From positions 384,001 to 448,000 of the forward strand of contig JBGARZ010000002.1 in NCBI GenBank assembly GCA_044229975.1: a stretch of DNA of 64,000 nt, written 5' to 3'. This document shows positions 1 to 9,594 of the stretch, one piece after another. This DNA is from Polyangiales bacterium. Its GTDB lineage: Bacteria; Myxococcota_A; Polyangia; Polyangiales; Ga0077539. Made by a program: the position numbers and the translations under genes. The first letter of the stretch is position 1; every line of letters begins with the position of its first letter. The notes under the pieces were generated by a model. The model worked only from the letters and a program-made list of their open reading frames with translations. It did not search any database and was not told the origin of the DNA.

Positions 1-558
1 GCTCGCCCCACCCGGCGTCGCGCCGATCGCCGTGCGCGGATGGAAGCGGTACATCCCGATGGGCTCTTCGGGCTCGAACACCACGCCACCGCGTTCGAGC
101 AGACGGGGCCAGCCGGTGATGACCTGGCGCGCCCAGCCGATCTCGCAGGTGGTGGGGTGGTCGACGCTGTCGAAGAAGGCGACGCGGGTTCCGTCGCTCT
201 GCGGACCGAAGGCCACCGAGGCACCGCAGCGGTCGCGGTAGGCGTCGCGCCAGATGCGGCCGTCGCCCATCGCGAGCCCGCAGGTGGAGCCCTCGAAGAA
301 GTTGGCGTTGATGGCGATCTGCGCGCCGTACTCCTGCGCAAACGCAGCGACCGGAGCGCGGCGATCGCCCGGCCGCGTGGCGACCACATCGACCGCGGGG
401 CAACGCAGATCGATGACGACCACGTGCGCGTCGAGGCCGGGCACCACGCGGTGCACGTGCTCGACGCAGCGGTACGGGCGCGTGGTGCGATCGACCGCGA
501 CAGCGGGCGAGACGGCGAGGGCGATGGAGAGGAGGAGTGCGGTGGGCGCTTGCTTCAT
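1..558 (-). CDS. Phosphodiester glycosidase (NAGPA-like) family exported protein, runs off the window edge
   Basis: Not in the ORF track. Manual translation from the ATG at 558 (overlapping the upstream TGA) gives MKQAPTALLLSIALAVSPAVAVDRTT...DAHVVVIDL...IAINANFF...HPRTAIG, with a signal peptide and the same motifs as the neighbouring gene. Confidence 0.8.
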   Translation of the reverse strand, partial: MKQAPTALLLSIALAVSPAVAVDRTTRPYRCVEHVHRVVPGLDAHVVVIDLRCPAVDVVATRPGDRRAPVAAFAQEYGAQIAINANFFEGSTCGLAMGDGRIWRDAYRDRCGASVAFGPQSDGTRVAFFDSVDHPTTCEIGWARQVITGWPRLLERGGVVFEPEEPIGMYRFHPRTAIGATPGGAS

Positions 559-1844
559 GCCGGCGGGCGGCCGCGCCGACGGAGCGCAGCCACCAGCGAG
601 CCGAACACGCCGAGCACGCCCCACGCAAGGCCCGACGGGCGACCGGGCTGGGCGTTGCAACCGAGGCCCATGGAGGCTGTCATCACCTGCGGCGTGGGCG
701 CCGGACTGGTCATGATCGGGGCGACCGGTGCACGAACGGCAACGTCGAAGCGGATGGGCTCTTCGACGAGCAGGCCGCCCTGCGGGGCGACGAGGCGCGC
801 GCGTAGCGAGGTGTTGCCGAAGGTCTTGGGCTCCCACGCGACGACGAAGCGGCCGACCGCGCCGGGTGCGACCTCGTCGTTCGCGCGGGCCGACCAGGTG
901 TGGCCGCCGTCGCTGAGCTCCACCGTCGGTCCGTCGTTGCCGCGCCACGCGCGACGACCCGTGTTGCGCGCCTCGACCCAGAGCGACGCGGGGTGTCCCG
1001 CGGTGACGGTAGCGGGCGACCCCTGCCCCGTGATCTGCCCGGCGTACCAGACGGCGCCGGGACGAACGCGGATGCCGAGGTGCGTGATGACCGCGCGCTC
1101 GTGGTGATCGCTCGGGCGGTTCACGAGGCGGGAGTTCATGACGAGGGTGGTGGAGCCGCCGCCGTCGAGGTTGATGGCGTCGTGCGCGCCAAACTCGCGC
1201 AGCACGTCGACCATCTGGAAGCCCGTGAGGCCCGGAACGCCCGGCCGCCGACCGTCCGCGCTCAGCAGGATCATGGTGCTGCGATCGGCCGTCAGCGCCG
1301 CCGCCGTCCGGGGATTGGGACGATAGAGGTGCTGCGGGCGAACCCAGTTGCGCGGGGCCTGACCGCCGCGCATCAGCCACGGCTTGCCGCTCCACGCCTC
1401 GGTGATCATCGCGGGCAGCGGGCCGTGGGGAGAGGCGGTGGTGTCGAGCGCGACGGCATCGTTGGCCGGACCGACGCCCAGGGTCGCGATGCAGCCATCC
1501 TCGTAGATGGTGGGGTAGACCTCGCCGCCGCCCGCTGCGAGGCCGCACGAGCCGTGACCCCAGAAGTTGGCGTTGACGGCGACCACCGCGTCGTAGCGGC
1601 GCGCGAACTCCGTGGTGGTGGTGAAGCGGTCTTCCGGGCGGGTCGCGACGACGGACACCTCGGGGCTGCGGAGGTCGACGAGCACGACGTGCAGGTCGAC
1701 GCCGGGGCGCACGCGATGGAGGTGACGGATGCCCGGATGCGGGGCCGTCCACCGGTCGACCGCCGAGGCCGTGGCCGGAACCATCGCCATCGCTACCGCC
1801 GTCACCATCGCCCACGCGTTCGCTCGCCAACGACCGTCGTACAT
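555..1844 (-). CDS. Phosphodiester glycosidase (NAGPA-like) protein with Ig-like domain and MYXO-CTERM-like tail
   Basis: Motifs VAVNANFW, NPRTA, ADGR and AINLDGGGSTT. C-terminus GC...hydrophobic...RRR. Start moved to the ATG at 1844 (MYDGRW), ahead of a signal peptide. Confidence 0.85.
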   Translation of the reverse strand: MYDGRWRANAWAMVTAVAMAMVPATASAVDRWTAPHPGIRHLHRVRPGVDLHVVLVDLRSPEVSVVATRPEDRFTTTTEFARRYDAVVAVNANFWGHGSCGLAAGGGEVYPTIYEDGCIATLGVGPANDAVALDTTASPHGPLPAMITEAWSGKPWLMRGGQAPRNWVRPQHLYRPNPRTAAALTADRSTMILLSADGRRPGVPGLTGFQMVDVLREFGAHDAINLDGGGSTTLVMNSRLVNRPSDHHERAVITHLGIRVRPGAVWYAGQITGQGSPATVTAGHPASLWVEARNTGRRAWRGNDGPTVELSDGGHTWSARANDEVAPGAVGRFVVAWEPKTFGNTSLRARLVAPQGGLLVEEPIRFDVAVRAPVAPIMTSPAPTPQVMTASMGLGCNAQPGRPSGLAWGVLGVFGSLVAALRRRGRPPA

Positions 1845-2063
1845 GTAGGCAAGGTCAACGCGAGTGCCGCGGAGCCGCAAGAAATGGGCGGCGACGGGGC
1901 GGACACGTGCAGGTTCCTTGCGCGTTGGGGGCACGTTCAACGGGGCTCTCGCACCTTCGCACGGCCGAGAGATTTGCGAAACAGCAGAGGGTGCGGCGGC
2001 ACATGCGCTCGGGTGCGTGCAAGCTCCTGCCATGGCTCGCGTGGCGGTAGAGTCGGAGCGCGC

Positions 2064-3332
2064 ATGAAGGTCCACTGGCGTCACTGGGGTGCAGCGTCCA
2101 TCGCAGTTCACGCCGCGATGATGGGTGCGCTGTCGACCTCGCGACCGCCCGACGTGCGTCCGGTGCCTCGTCACATTTCAGCAACGACGACGGTGCCCGT
2201 GGAGTTCCCGGAGGCCGATCGTCCGATCGTCGCGGCGGGTGCGGCGCGACCGCAAGCTCCGAGTGAGCGGCCCGAGCTCGGTGGCATCGCCCATCGACAG
2301 AACCTCGATGCCGAGCACGCCGGTGAGCGTGGCGACGGCCGCAGTCTGGAGCGTGGCAGGCAGCTCGCCGCCCGCGCCGAGCACCTCAACCTCGACGAGC
2401 GATTGCTCGACGCCAACCGCGGATCGCAAGAGCAACGCATCGCCACGTCCGCCCGCCGTGCTTCACCGCAAGACGACCGGCGTACGCCGCACCCCGACGA
2501 AGACCCGTGGGTGTCGACGGGGGATGGCGTTCTGTTGTTGCGGCTACCTCACGCGACGGCGCTTCCGACGGCCGGCGCGACGAGCCACGACCAGGCGACG
2601 ATCGCCATGCAGGCTGGTCCGATGCCGAATGGTGAACGCCTGCCCGACGCCGTTGTTGTTGGGCCAGGGCGTGGCGATCGCGACCTTGTCGAGCGACCCA
2701 CCGCGGGTGTCGCCCACGCCACCGGTGCCAGCACGCGGGTCGCGGGTCCGGTCGCGATGCAGCGTCCTTCGCTCCATGCGGGTCACGCCTCCACCACCAG
2801 CGACCGGCTCGCGGCCCGCACCAGCGACGACGCCGACGCGGCGCTGCTCGCGGCCTCGATGCTCCGCGACCACATGAACGCCTCGGTGCAGGATGGCCCG
2901 CAACGCGCGGTCGGCGAAGGTGGCGTAGGCGGTGGTGGCGCTCCCGGATCAGGCGGCGGAACGGGTCGTGGGGGCGTCGCGCGCTCCCTCGGCGACGGCG
3001 ACGGCTGGATCGCGCTGGGCACCGAAGACGCTCGCTATGTGCGCTACCTCCACGAGGTGCGGCGGCGCCTGCAGCCGCTGTGGCGTGACGCCTTCCCCTA
3101 CGACGAAGCGCTTCGACTGCGGCAGGGCACGGTGGTGTTGCAGTTCGTCATCGCGCGCGACGGGTCGGTGCACGCCACCGCCGTCAGCCATCGGAGCGGC
3201 GTCGATCGCTTCGACGCCAACGTGCTCGCGGCCGTGTCGCGGGCCCACCTTCCGCCCATCCCGGCGTCTCTCGGACGCTCGGAGCTCCGGATCAGGGCAC
3301 CGTTCGAATTCAGCAATCCGGTGGTGCGTTAG
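2064..3332 (+). CDS. TonB family protein (TonB C-terminal domain)
   Basis: N-terminal hydrophobic anchor (MKVHWRHWGAASIAVHAAMMGAL). C-terminal YLHEVRRRL..W...GTVVLQFVIARDGSV...SG..FD..VLAAV.RA.LPPIP. Start trimmed from ORF 900..3332. Confidence 0.8.
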   Translation: MKVHWRHWGAASIAVHAAMMGALSTSRPPDVRPVPRHISATTTVPVEFPEADRPIVAAGAARPQAPSERPELGGIAHRQNLDAEHAGERGDGRSLERGRQLAARAEHLNLDERLLDANRGSQEQRIATSARRASPQDDRRTPHPDEDPWVSTGDGVLLLRLPHATALPTAGATSHDQATIAMQAGPMPNGERLPDAVVVGPGRGDRDLVERPTAGVAHATGASTRVAGPVAMQRPSLHAGHASTTSDRLAARTSDDADAALLAASMLRDHMNASVQDGPQRAVGEGGVGGGGAPGSGGGTGRGGVARSLGDGDGWIALGTEDARYVRYLHEVRRRLQPLWRDAFPYDEALRLRQGTVVLQFVIARDGSVHATAVSHRSGVDRFDANVLAAVSRAHLPPIPASLGRSELRIRAPFEFSNPVVR

Positions 3333-4453
3333 ACGAGGCGTTCGGCGACGCGCGCCAGGGCCGCGACGTCGTACACGTCCTCGTCCATGATCGGCACCAG
3401 CACGTGCCGCGGGACCGACGCCATCTCTCGTCGCGCGCGGGCGACCTCGATCGCGTCACGCTTCGCCCACGTCGCCATGTCGCGCCACGCCCGCGAGAAG
3501 GCAGCTCCCATCTCGGTGGGCCCGTTCTGGTGGGCGTCGGAGAGGAGGCCCGCGAGGCGATCGGCGCTGGGCGTCGGCAGGTCCTGGGCCTGGCGAACGC
3601 GGTTCATCACGATGGCCTCGGCGTTCATGTGGTGCTTCTGGAGGTGGTCGACGAAGAACATCGCCTCACCCACGGCCATGGGGTCGGGCGAGCTCACCAC
3701 CACGAAGGCGACCTCGCTGCCCATGAGCGCGTCACGCACCTTCGCCGCGCGCTCGCGGAAGCCGCCGAAGAGCGACTGGAGGTCGGCGAGGAACTCCGCC
3801 ACCTGGGCGAGGAAGTCCGCGCCGGTGAAGGTTCCGAGGCCCGAGAGCACCTTCGCCATCGCCTTGGACAGGAGGTTGAGCGACATCTTGCCCGTGCGCT
3901 CGAAGGCCCCGACGAAGGCCTGGATGGCGGGCGAGTCGACGGCCTCGATCATCTTGTCGGGCGCTTCGAGGAAGTCGAGCGCGTTGGACGTCGGCGGCGT
4001 GTCGAGGACGATGAGGTCGTACCGCGGGTCGTCGCGCAGGGCGTAGAGCTTCTCCATCGCCATGTACTCGGGCGTGCCCGCGAGCGAGCCGGCGATCTCC
4101 TGGTAGATGCGGTTGCCCAGGATGCGATCGCGCGTGGCGGGGTTGCTCGCGTAGCGGGTGACCAGCGCGTCGAAGGTTCCGCGCACGTCGAGCATCATGG
4201 CCGTGAGGGAGCCCTCCCCTTCGGTGCGCCACAGAGCGGGGTCGACCTCCTGGGCCTCGCGCGCCATCTCGCGCAGCCCGAGAGACGTCGCCAGCCGCTT
4301 GGCGGGGTCGATGGTGAGGCAGAGCACCCGCCGACCGCGACGCGCAGCCGCGAGGGCCAGCGCGGCGGCGATGGTGGTCTTGCCCACGCCGCCGCAGCCC
4401 ACGGTCACGATGACACGCTTCGAGGTGAAGAGATCGCCGAGGCTCGTCAACAT
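3329..4453 (-). CDS. ArsA/GET3-family ATPase
   Basis: Walker A GCGGVGKTT, TIDPAKRLA and LDTPP motifs. Start at MLTSLGD. Confidence 0.88.
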   Translation of the reverse strand: MLTSLGDLFTSKRVIVTVGCGGVGKTTIAAALALAAARRGRRVLCLTIDPAKRLATSLGLREMAREAQEVDPALWRTEGEGSLTAMMLDVRGTFDALVTRYASNPATRDRILGNRIYQEIAGSLAGTPEYMAMEKLYALRDDPRYDLIVLDTPPTSNALDFLEAPDKMIEAVDSPAIQAFVGAFERTGKMSLNLLSKAMAKVLSGLGTFTGADFLAQVAEFLADLQSLFGGFRERAAKVRDALMGSEVAFVVVSSPDPMAVGEAMFFVDHLQKHHMNAEAIVMNRVRQAQDLPTPSADRLAGLLSDAHQNGPTEMGAAFSRAWRDMATWAKRDAIEVARARREMASVPRHVLVPIMDEDVYDVAALARVAERLV

Positions 4454-4499
4454 CGCGGCGGACCCTAGTCCCACCGCTCGCCCACGCGCAACCGCGACG

Positions 4500-5618
4500 T
4501 CAGCGGAGCGCGAAGCCGTCGCTTCGAAGCGCGCTGCCGTCGTGGCCCCAGAGGAGGAGCAACCCACGTTCGTCGGGGAGGGCCACCGCGCTCATCCGGG
4601 GGGCGGGTGATCCATCAGGGTGCAACGCCGTCCAGCGCTCGGTGGCGAGGTCGAGAACGGCGCCATCGCCGCGCATGCCCGTCGCGTCGCGACCGCCCCA
4701 CACCACCACGGCGCCGTGGGTTGCGGCGAGGGTCACTCCGAGGCGTTGGGAGAGCGGACACGGGTCGATCGCGCGCCAACGGCGGGTGCTCCACTCGAAG
4801 CGCCCCGCGCCTTCCGATCCGACCGCGATCAAGCCGCCAGGGACGATCACCGCCTCGGGGCCGGAGCGAGCGGGCGGGGCGCCTTCGATGGAGATTGGTG
4901 TCCAGGTGGACGAGGTGAGATCGAGCACGGCTGCGTCTTCGGCGCCGAGCGCCAGGGCCTCGCCCGCGCCGCCCCAGATCAACACCTCCCGACCGTCGGG
5001 CGAGAGCACCGCCGACGCTCCCCGTCGCGCCCGCGGACCACCGCTCGGCAGGGCGATCCAGCGTCGCTCGATCGGGTCGAAGCGCGCGCCATCGTCGAAC
5101 TCGTTGCCGTCCCCGTCGCGGCCGCCCCAGAGAATCCAATCACGGCCGGTGAACACGCTGGCCATCGCGGCCCGCGGAGAGGGGGCGCCCTCTTCGGGCA
5201 GGCTCTCCCATCGACCGAGGCCGGGGCTCCAACACGCGCCGTCACCGCGCGCCTCGCCGTGCGCTTCGCCGCCGAAGACGCAGAGCGCGTCGCCCGTCCA
5301 CACCGCTGCGTGGCCGACGCGAGGACTCGGCGCGCCGTCGACGGGGAGCGCGGTCCATGCGGCGCCGTCCCAGAGCCACCCCTCGCCTGAGGGCCCGCGG
5401 GCGTCGAGGCCGCCGAAGAGGGCGTTGCCGCGCGGGGTCGGTGTGACGCTCGGGAACTGTCGAGGAGGAGGGAGGGCGGGGCCGTCGTAGGGCGTCCAGC
5501 GCGCGGGCGTGATCATCAGGTGGAGGGTACCGCCCTCATCGGTCGCTCGGAAGTTTGAGCATTCCATCGTGAGCATCGCCGTCACGAGGAGAACCAGGAG
5601 GCCGCGTGGTTTGGTCAT
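4500..5618 (-). CDS. Kelch-repeat beta-propeller exported protein
   Basis: Repeats such as PSPRxxHxAVWTG...FGG and WGG..DG..FDP...W, plus an N-terminal signal peptide. Confidence 0.8.
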   Translation of the reverse strand: MTKPRGLLVLLVTAMLTMECSNFRATDEGGTLHLMITPARWTPYDGPALPPPRQFPSVTPTPRGNALFGGLDARGPSGEGWLWDGAAWTALPVDGAPSPRVGHAAVWTGDALCVFGGEAHGEARGDGACWSPGLGRWESLPEEGAPSPRAAMASVFTGRDWILWGGRDGDGNEFDDGARFDPIERRWIALPSGGPRARRGASAVLSPDGREVLIWGGAGEALALGAEDAAVLDLTSSTWTPISIEGAPPARSGPEAVIVPGGLIAVGSEGAGRFEWSTRRWRAIDPCPLSQRLGVTLAATHGAVVVWGGRDATGMRGDGAVLDLATERWTALHPDGSPAPRMSAVALPDERGLLLLWGHDGSALRSDGFALR

Positions 5619-5679
5619 CGCGGGCGCCTCTTCGTTCTGTCCATCGGGCGGGTTTCGTCCGGGATAGACTCCGCGCACG

Positions 5680-7473
5680 ATGAGCCGCGAAGAGAGGCCC
5701 GGCGCGGGCGGGCCACCGATTCACTGTCACGTCTGCAACGCCGAGCTCCCGTCCGACGCGACGTTCTGCCTCCAGTGCGGATCGCGGGTTCGCGCGGTAC
5801 CGCCCGCCCCGACGCCCACCACCGCGGGCGCCGCGGCGCGACCAGCTCACACCCCGACCATGATGGGCGTCTCGCCCACCGCCGCGGTTGCTGCGCCGGT
5901 CGACCTCGGTGCCACGCTCGTCGACAAGCTCCCGACGGCGCCGCCGACCGCGGGCCCGCGACCCGCGCCCGTCGCCTCGTCCCTGCCTGCGGCTGTCGCC
6001 AACAAGCAGCGCACCATGATCGGCGTTGCGCGCGAGGGTCTCGCGCTGCCACCCGTCGCCGCCGAGGCGCCGCCCTCCGACCCGGCGCCGCCGCTCCCGC
6101 CGCGGTCATCGACCATGATCGGCCTGGTCGCGCCGGCCCCGCCCGCACCGCCACCGCCCCCAGCGCCCGCGCCTCCCGTGTTTGCGCCTCAACCCGCGCC
6201 GACGCCCGCGCCGCAACCGGCTGCTCGGCCTTACGTGCCGCAGCGATCGTTCGACAGCGCCGAGACCCTCAAGCTCATCGAGAAGCCGTCCGTGCTCCCG
6301 CGGGTGCTCGTCGGCCTGCTCGTGTTCGGCCTGCTCGCTGGTGGCGCGGCGTTGGCCTACCGGGCGTACGTCCCTTCGGGCCCGGCCGCCCTTCAGGCAG
6401 AGGTGCGCGTCGTCGATGGGGCGATGCATGTGCGCGCGACGATCCCAGGGAGCGATGCCCGCTGGCGCGTCTCCTATCGCGGTCAGGAGTCGGCGGTCGA
6501 CGCTTCAGGCGCCGTCGAGTTTCCTCTCGCGGGTATCTCCGCCGATGAGGTGGGCGACATCGTCCTCCCCGTCGAGGTGCGCGACGCCGCGGGTCAGCGC
6601 TCCTCGCGCGCTCTGCGAATCGTGATCGGTTACCGCGTGGTCACCGACCTTGATCACCTCGGCGACGATCCGCCGCGCGTGCACCTCCGCTTCCGGGTTC
6701 CGCTTGGCGCTTCGCTCTTCATCGCGGGGCAGCCCATCACGCTCGCTGGTCAGCTCGGCGTGGCCGAGATTCCGGCGCCCGCGCCGATGGCCATGGAGGC
6801 GCCGGCCGCGTCGCGGGTCGAGCGCTTTCCCATCGAGGTGCGCACCGCCTCGGGCGTCGTCATCCGTGGCGAGCACGAGCTGCGCGTCCCGCGGCTCCCG
6901 CTGCGCGTCGAGGTCCCCGGGCCGCTCAGTCACGTCGAAGCGGCGATGGTCACCGTCGAGGGCTCCCTCCCTCGCGCGAGCCGCGTCTTCGTCGGCAACC
7001 AGGCCGCGACGCTGATGGGCGATCACTTCCGCGCGGAGGTTCCGCTCGCTCCTGGCGCCAACAACCTCACGGTGCGGGGGTTTGCGCCCGGCGGTGCGCC
7101 CGCCACGGCGGCGTTTACCGTCTATCGATCGGTCACGGCGCAGGACTACCTCGCCTCCGGGGGCGGCGATCGCGGCGTCGCGCCGCTCGTCACACCGAGC
7201 CCTACGTCGGTGCGAGTTCGCGTCCGCGGTCGGGTGATCAACAGCACCCAGGCCGCGGGGGAGACTCCGTCGTTTCAGCTCCTCGTGACCGACCGCGCGT
7301 GCCCCGCGCAGCAGTGCCTCGCCTGGGTCGACGTCGCGCCCGGAACCCTCGTCCGCGTCAACGAGACCGTCGAGGTCGTCGGCGAGACCCACGGCACTCG
7401 CGCGTACGTCTCGCAGGGTGGACAGCGTCGCGCCGACACCGTCATCCGGGCTCTGTTCGTCACGCGCCCATGA
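5680..7473 (+). CDS. Membrane protein: zinc ribbon, Pro-rich linker, TM helix, Ig-like extracytoplasmic domains
   Basis: CHVC...CLQCG zinc ribbon, repeated TM(M/I)G motifs, TM segment VLVGLLVFGLLAGGAALAY and a beta-rich C-terminus. Confidence 0.75.
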   Translation: MSREERPGAGGPPIHCHVCNAELPSDATFCLQCGSRVRAVPPAPTPTTAGAAARPAHTPTMMGVSPTAAVAAPVDLGATLVDKLPTAPPTAGPRPAPVASSLPAAVANKQRTMIGVAREGLALPPVAAEAPPSDPAPPLPPRSSTMIGLVAPAPPAPPPPPAPAPPVFAPQPAPTPAPQPAARPYVPQRSFDSAETLKLIEKPSVLPRVLVGLLVFGLLAGGAALAYRAYVPSGPAALQAEVRVVDGAMHVRATIPGSDARWRVSYRGQESAVDASGAVEFPLAGISADEVGDIVLPVEVRDAAGQRSSRALRIVIGYRVVTDLDHLGDDPPRVHLRFRVPLGASLFIAGQPITLAGQLGVAEIPAPAPMAMEAPAASRVERFPIEVRTASGVVIRGEHELRVPRLPLRVEVPGPLSHVEAAMVTVEGSLPRASRVFVGNQAATLMGDHFRAEVPLAPGANNLTVRGFAPGGAPATAAFTVYRSVTAQDYLASGGGDRGVAPLVTPSPTSVRVRVRGRVINSTQAAGETPSFQLLVTDRACPAQQCLAWVDVAPGTLVRVNETVEVVGETHGTRAYVSQGGQRRADTVIRALFVTRP

Positions 7474-8564
7474 ACCGCATCGGGCTCGCGGTCGCGCTCG
7501 CGTCCGTCACGGGCGTCGCCCTCGCCGATCCGCCGTCGCGCGCTCTGCCCGCCGCGCCGTGGCCCGTCATCGACTCCATGGCGCTGCCAGGAACCGGCGT
7601 CACGGCGCCCCTCCTGCTTCCCGATGGGCGTCTCGCGGTGTTCACCCAGGCGCCACCGGCCTTCGCGCTCGTGGACCCCGACTCGGGCAACGTCCGGTCG
7701 AGCACCCTGCACGAGCCCCCCCTGGACGGCAGGGCGCGGATCGACTCCCTGGGAAGGCTCGCCGTGCAGGTCGACGGCTGGACGCTCTTTCGCGTCGGGC
7801 TCGACGGCGGATTGCGCGCGGCCGTGCCGCTGCCCGCGATGATTCGTGGAATCGTCGAGCGACCCGACGGCACCGAGGTCGCCACCATCGAGAGCGATCA
7901 GCGCGTGGACTTCGTGACCTTCCGTGCAGACGGCAGCGTCCTCGCGGCCCGTGCGCTCGCCGCCAGCACGACCTCCAGGCCGACCCTGCTCTACGACGGG
8001 CGCGTTGCCGTCGGCGTCCCCTTCGGCCTTGCGGTGCTCGATCGCACCGGGGCGATTCAGCTCGTCCCCGGCCTCGACGAGGTGCTGCACCTCGTGCGCC
8101 TCGGCGACGCGACGGTGGCCGTCACCGCGACGAGCTTCTCGACCCTCGATCGCGACCTGCTGCCCTCGCCACCGACCCCGCTCCCCGGCCGCACGCGCTG
8201 GTGGACCGCTCGTCCCGATGGCGGCGCCCTCCTCTGGATCGACGGCACCACCCCCACGCTGCTCACCCTCGACCGACGCGGGGTCATCGTGGGTCGCATC
8301 ACTACGCCGCCCGCCATCGAGTCCGTCTCGGTCGACGACTCGGGGGCGCTGCTCCTCGTCAACAACCTCAACGGTCGCGGGCACCTCGTGGCGTTGGAAC
8401 CCGACGGCCGCACGCGCTGGACCGTCGACCTGCCTCACGCGATCGTCCCCGAGGTGACGCTGGGCCCCCGCGGCGAAGCCTGGGTCACCTGCCGCGATAC
8501 GAACGTGTTGCGCTTGTCGAGCCGCCCCGCTTCGGCGCAAGAAGCACCGCGTGCGCACCGATGA
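7470..8564 (+). CDS. Exported beta-propeller (PQQ-like) protein
   Basis: ATG overlaps the upstream TGA. Signal peptide MNRIGLAVALASVTGVALA. Repeated P..DG and LVAL..DG..RW strands. Confidence 0.65.
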   Translation: MNRIGLAVALASVTGVALADPPSRALPAAPWPVIDSMALPGTGVTAPLLLPDGRLAVFTQAPPAFALVDPDSGNVRSSTLHEPPLDGRARIDSLGRLAVQVDGWTLFRVGLDGGLRAAVPLPAMIRGIVERPDGTEVATIESDQRVDFVTFRADGSVLAARALAASTTSRPTLLYDGRVAVGVPFGLAVLDRTGAIQLVPGLDEVLHLVRLGDATVAVTATSFSTLDRDLLPSPPTPLPGRTRWWTARPDGGALLWIDGTTPTLLTLDRRGVIVGRITTPPAIESVSVDDSGALLLVNNLNGRGHLVALEPDGRTRWTVDLPHAIVPEVTLGPRGEAWVTCRDTNVLRLSSRPASAQEAPRAHR

Positions 8565-9564
8565 CCTCCGCTTCGAACTCCCGCCCGAGCTGATCGCCTC
8601 CGCGCCCCTCGCCGAGCGCGACGCGAGCCGCCTGCTCGTCCTGCGACGCGACGCTGCGACCGTCGCCGACGACGTCATCCGCTCGCTGCCCGCGCTGCTG
8701 CCCGAAGGGGCCTTGCTGGTCGTCAACGACACGCGGGTCATCCCGGCGCGGCTGCGCGGCGTGAAGGCGAGCGGCGGGCGCGTGGAGTTTCTGCTCGTAC
8801 GCGCGAAGGACGACGAAGGAAGGCGCTGGGAGGCGCTCGGACGCTCGTCGAAGCCCATGCGCGACGGCACCGTCATCGCCATCGGCGAGGGGCTCTCGGT
8901 GCGCGTCGTCGGGCGCGACGGGATGATGTTCGACGTCGAGCTGCTGGCCGACGACCCGCGCGCGGCGGTCGAGCGCCACGGCGAGATGCCGCTGCCGCCG
9001 TACATGCACCGCCCGGCCGAGGAGAGCGACCGCGAACGTTACCAGACCGTGTATGCCGACCGCCCCGGCGCGGTGGCCGCACCCACCGCGGGCCTGCACC
9101 TCACCGATGCGCTCTTCGAGGCGATGAAGCTGCGCGGCATCGAGCGCGTCGCCGTGACCCTGCACGTCGGGCCCGGAACCTTCGCTCCCGTCATGGTCGA
9201 CGACCTCGACGAGCACCCGATGCACGCCGAGTGGTACGACGTCTCCGAGGCAACCGCCGCCGTGGTTCAGGCCGCGAAGCGCGACGGTCGACCGGTGGTG
9301 GCGGTGGGCACCACCGTGGTGCGAACGCTGGAGTCCTGGGCTCTCGACGGCCCGCGCACGGGCGAGACCCGGCTGCTCATCCAGCCGGGCTATCGCTTCC
9401 GCGTCGCCGACGCGCTGCTGACCAATTTCCACCTGCCGCGCTCGACGCTGCTCGCGCTCGCCATGGCCTTCGGCGGGTCGGAGCTCGTGCGCCGCGCCTA
9501 TGAGCGGGCCGTGGCCGAGCGCTACCGCTTCTTCTCCTACGGCGACGCGATGCTGATTCTGTGA
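8551..9564 (+). CDS. queA: S-adenosylmethionine:tRNA ribosyltransferase-isomerase
   Basis: LPPELIA, NDTRVIPARL, PLPPY, YQTVYA, AAPTAGLH, LHVGPGTF, TNFHLPRS and YRFFSYGDAM. Confidence 0.97.
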   Translation: MRTDDLRFELPPELIASAPLAERDASRLLVLRRDAATVADDVIRSLPALLPEGALLVVNDTRVIPARLRGVKASGGRVEFLLVRAKDDEGRRWEALGRSSKPMRDGTVIAIGEGLSVRVVGRDGMMFDVELLADDPRAAVERHGEMPLPPYMHRPAEESDRERYQTVYADRPGAVAAPTAGLHLTDALFEAMKLRGIERVAVTLHVGPGTFAPVMVDDLDEHPMHAEWYDVSEATAAVVQAAKRDGRPVVAVGTTVVRTLESWALDGPRTGETRLLIQPGYRFRVADALLTNFHLPRSTLLALAMAFGGSELVRRAYERAVAERYRFFSYGDAMLIL

Positions 9565-9594
9565 GGGTCGTGCGGTAGGTTCCGCGGCCCTCCC

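Noticed and set aside
2019..2033. Possible sigma54 promoter TGGCAGGAGCTTGC on the minus strand
   Set aside because: GG-to-GC spacing is 9 nt rather than the required 10.
900..2063. N-terminal 388 aa of the 810-aa ORF
   Set aside because: It overlaps the NAGPA-like gene on the opposite strand. The real TonB protein most plausibly starts at 2064.
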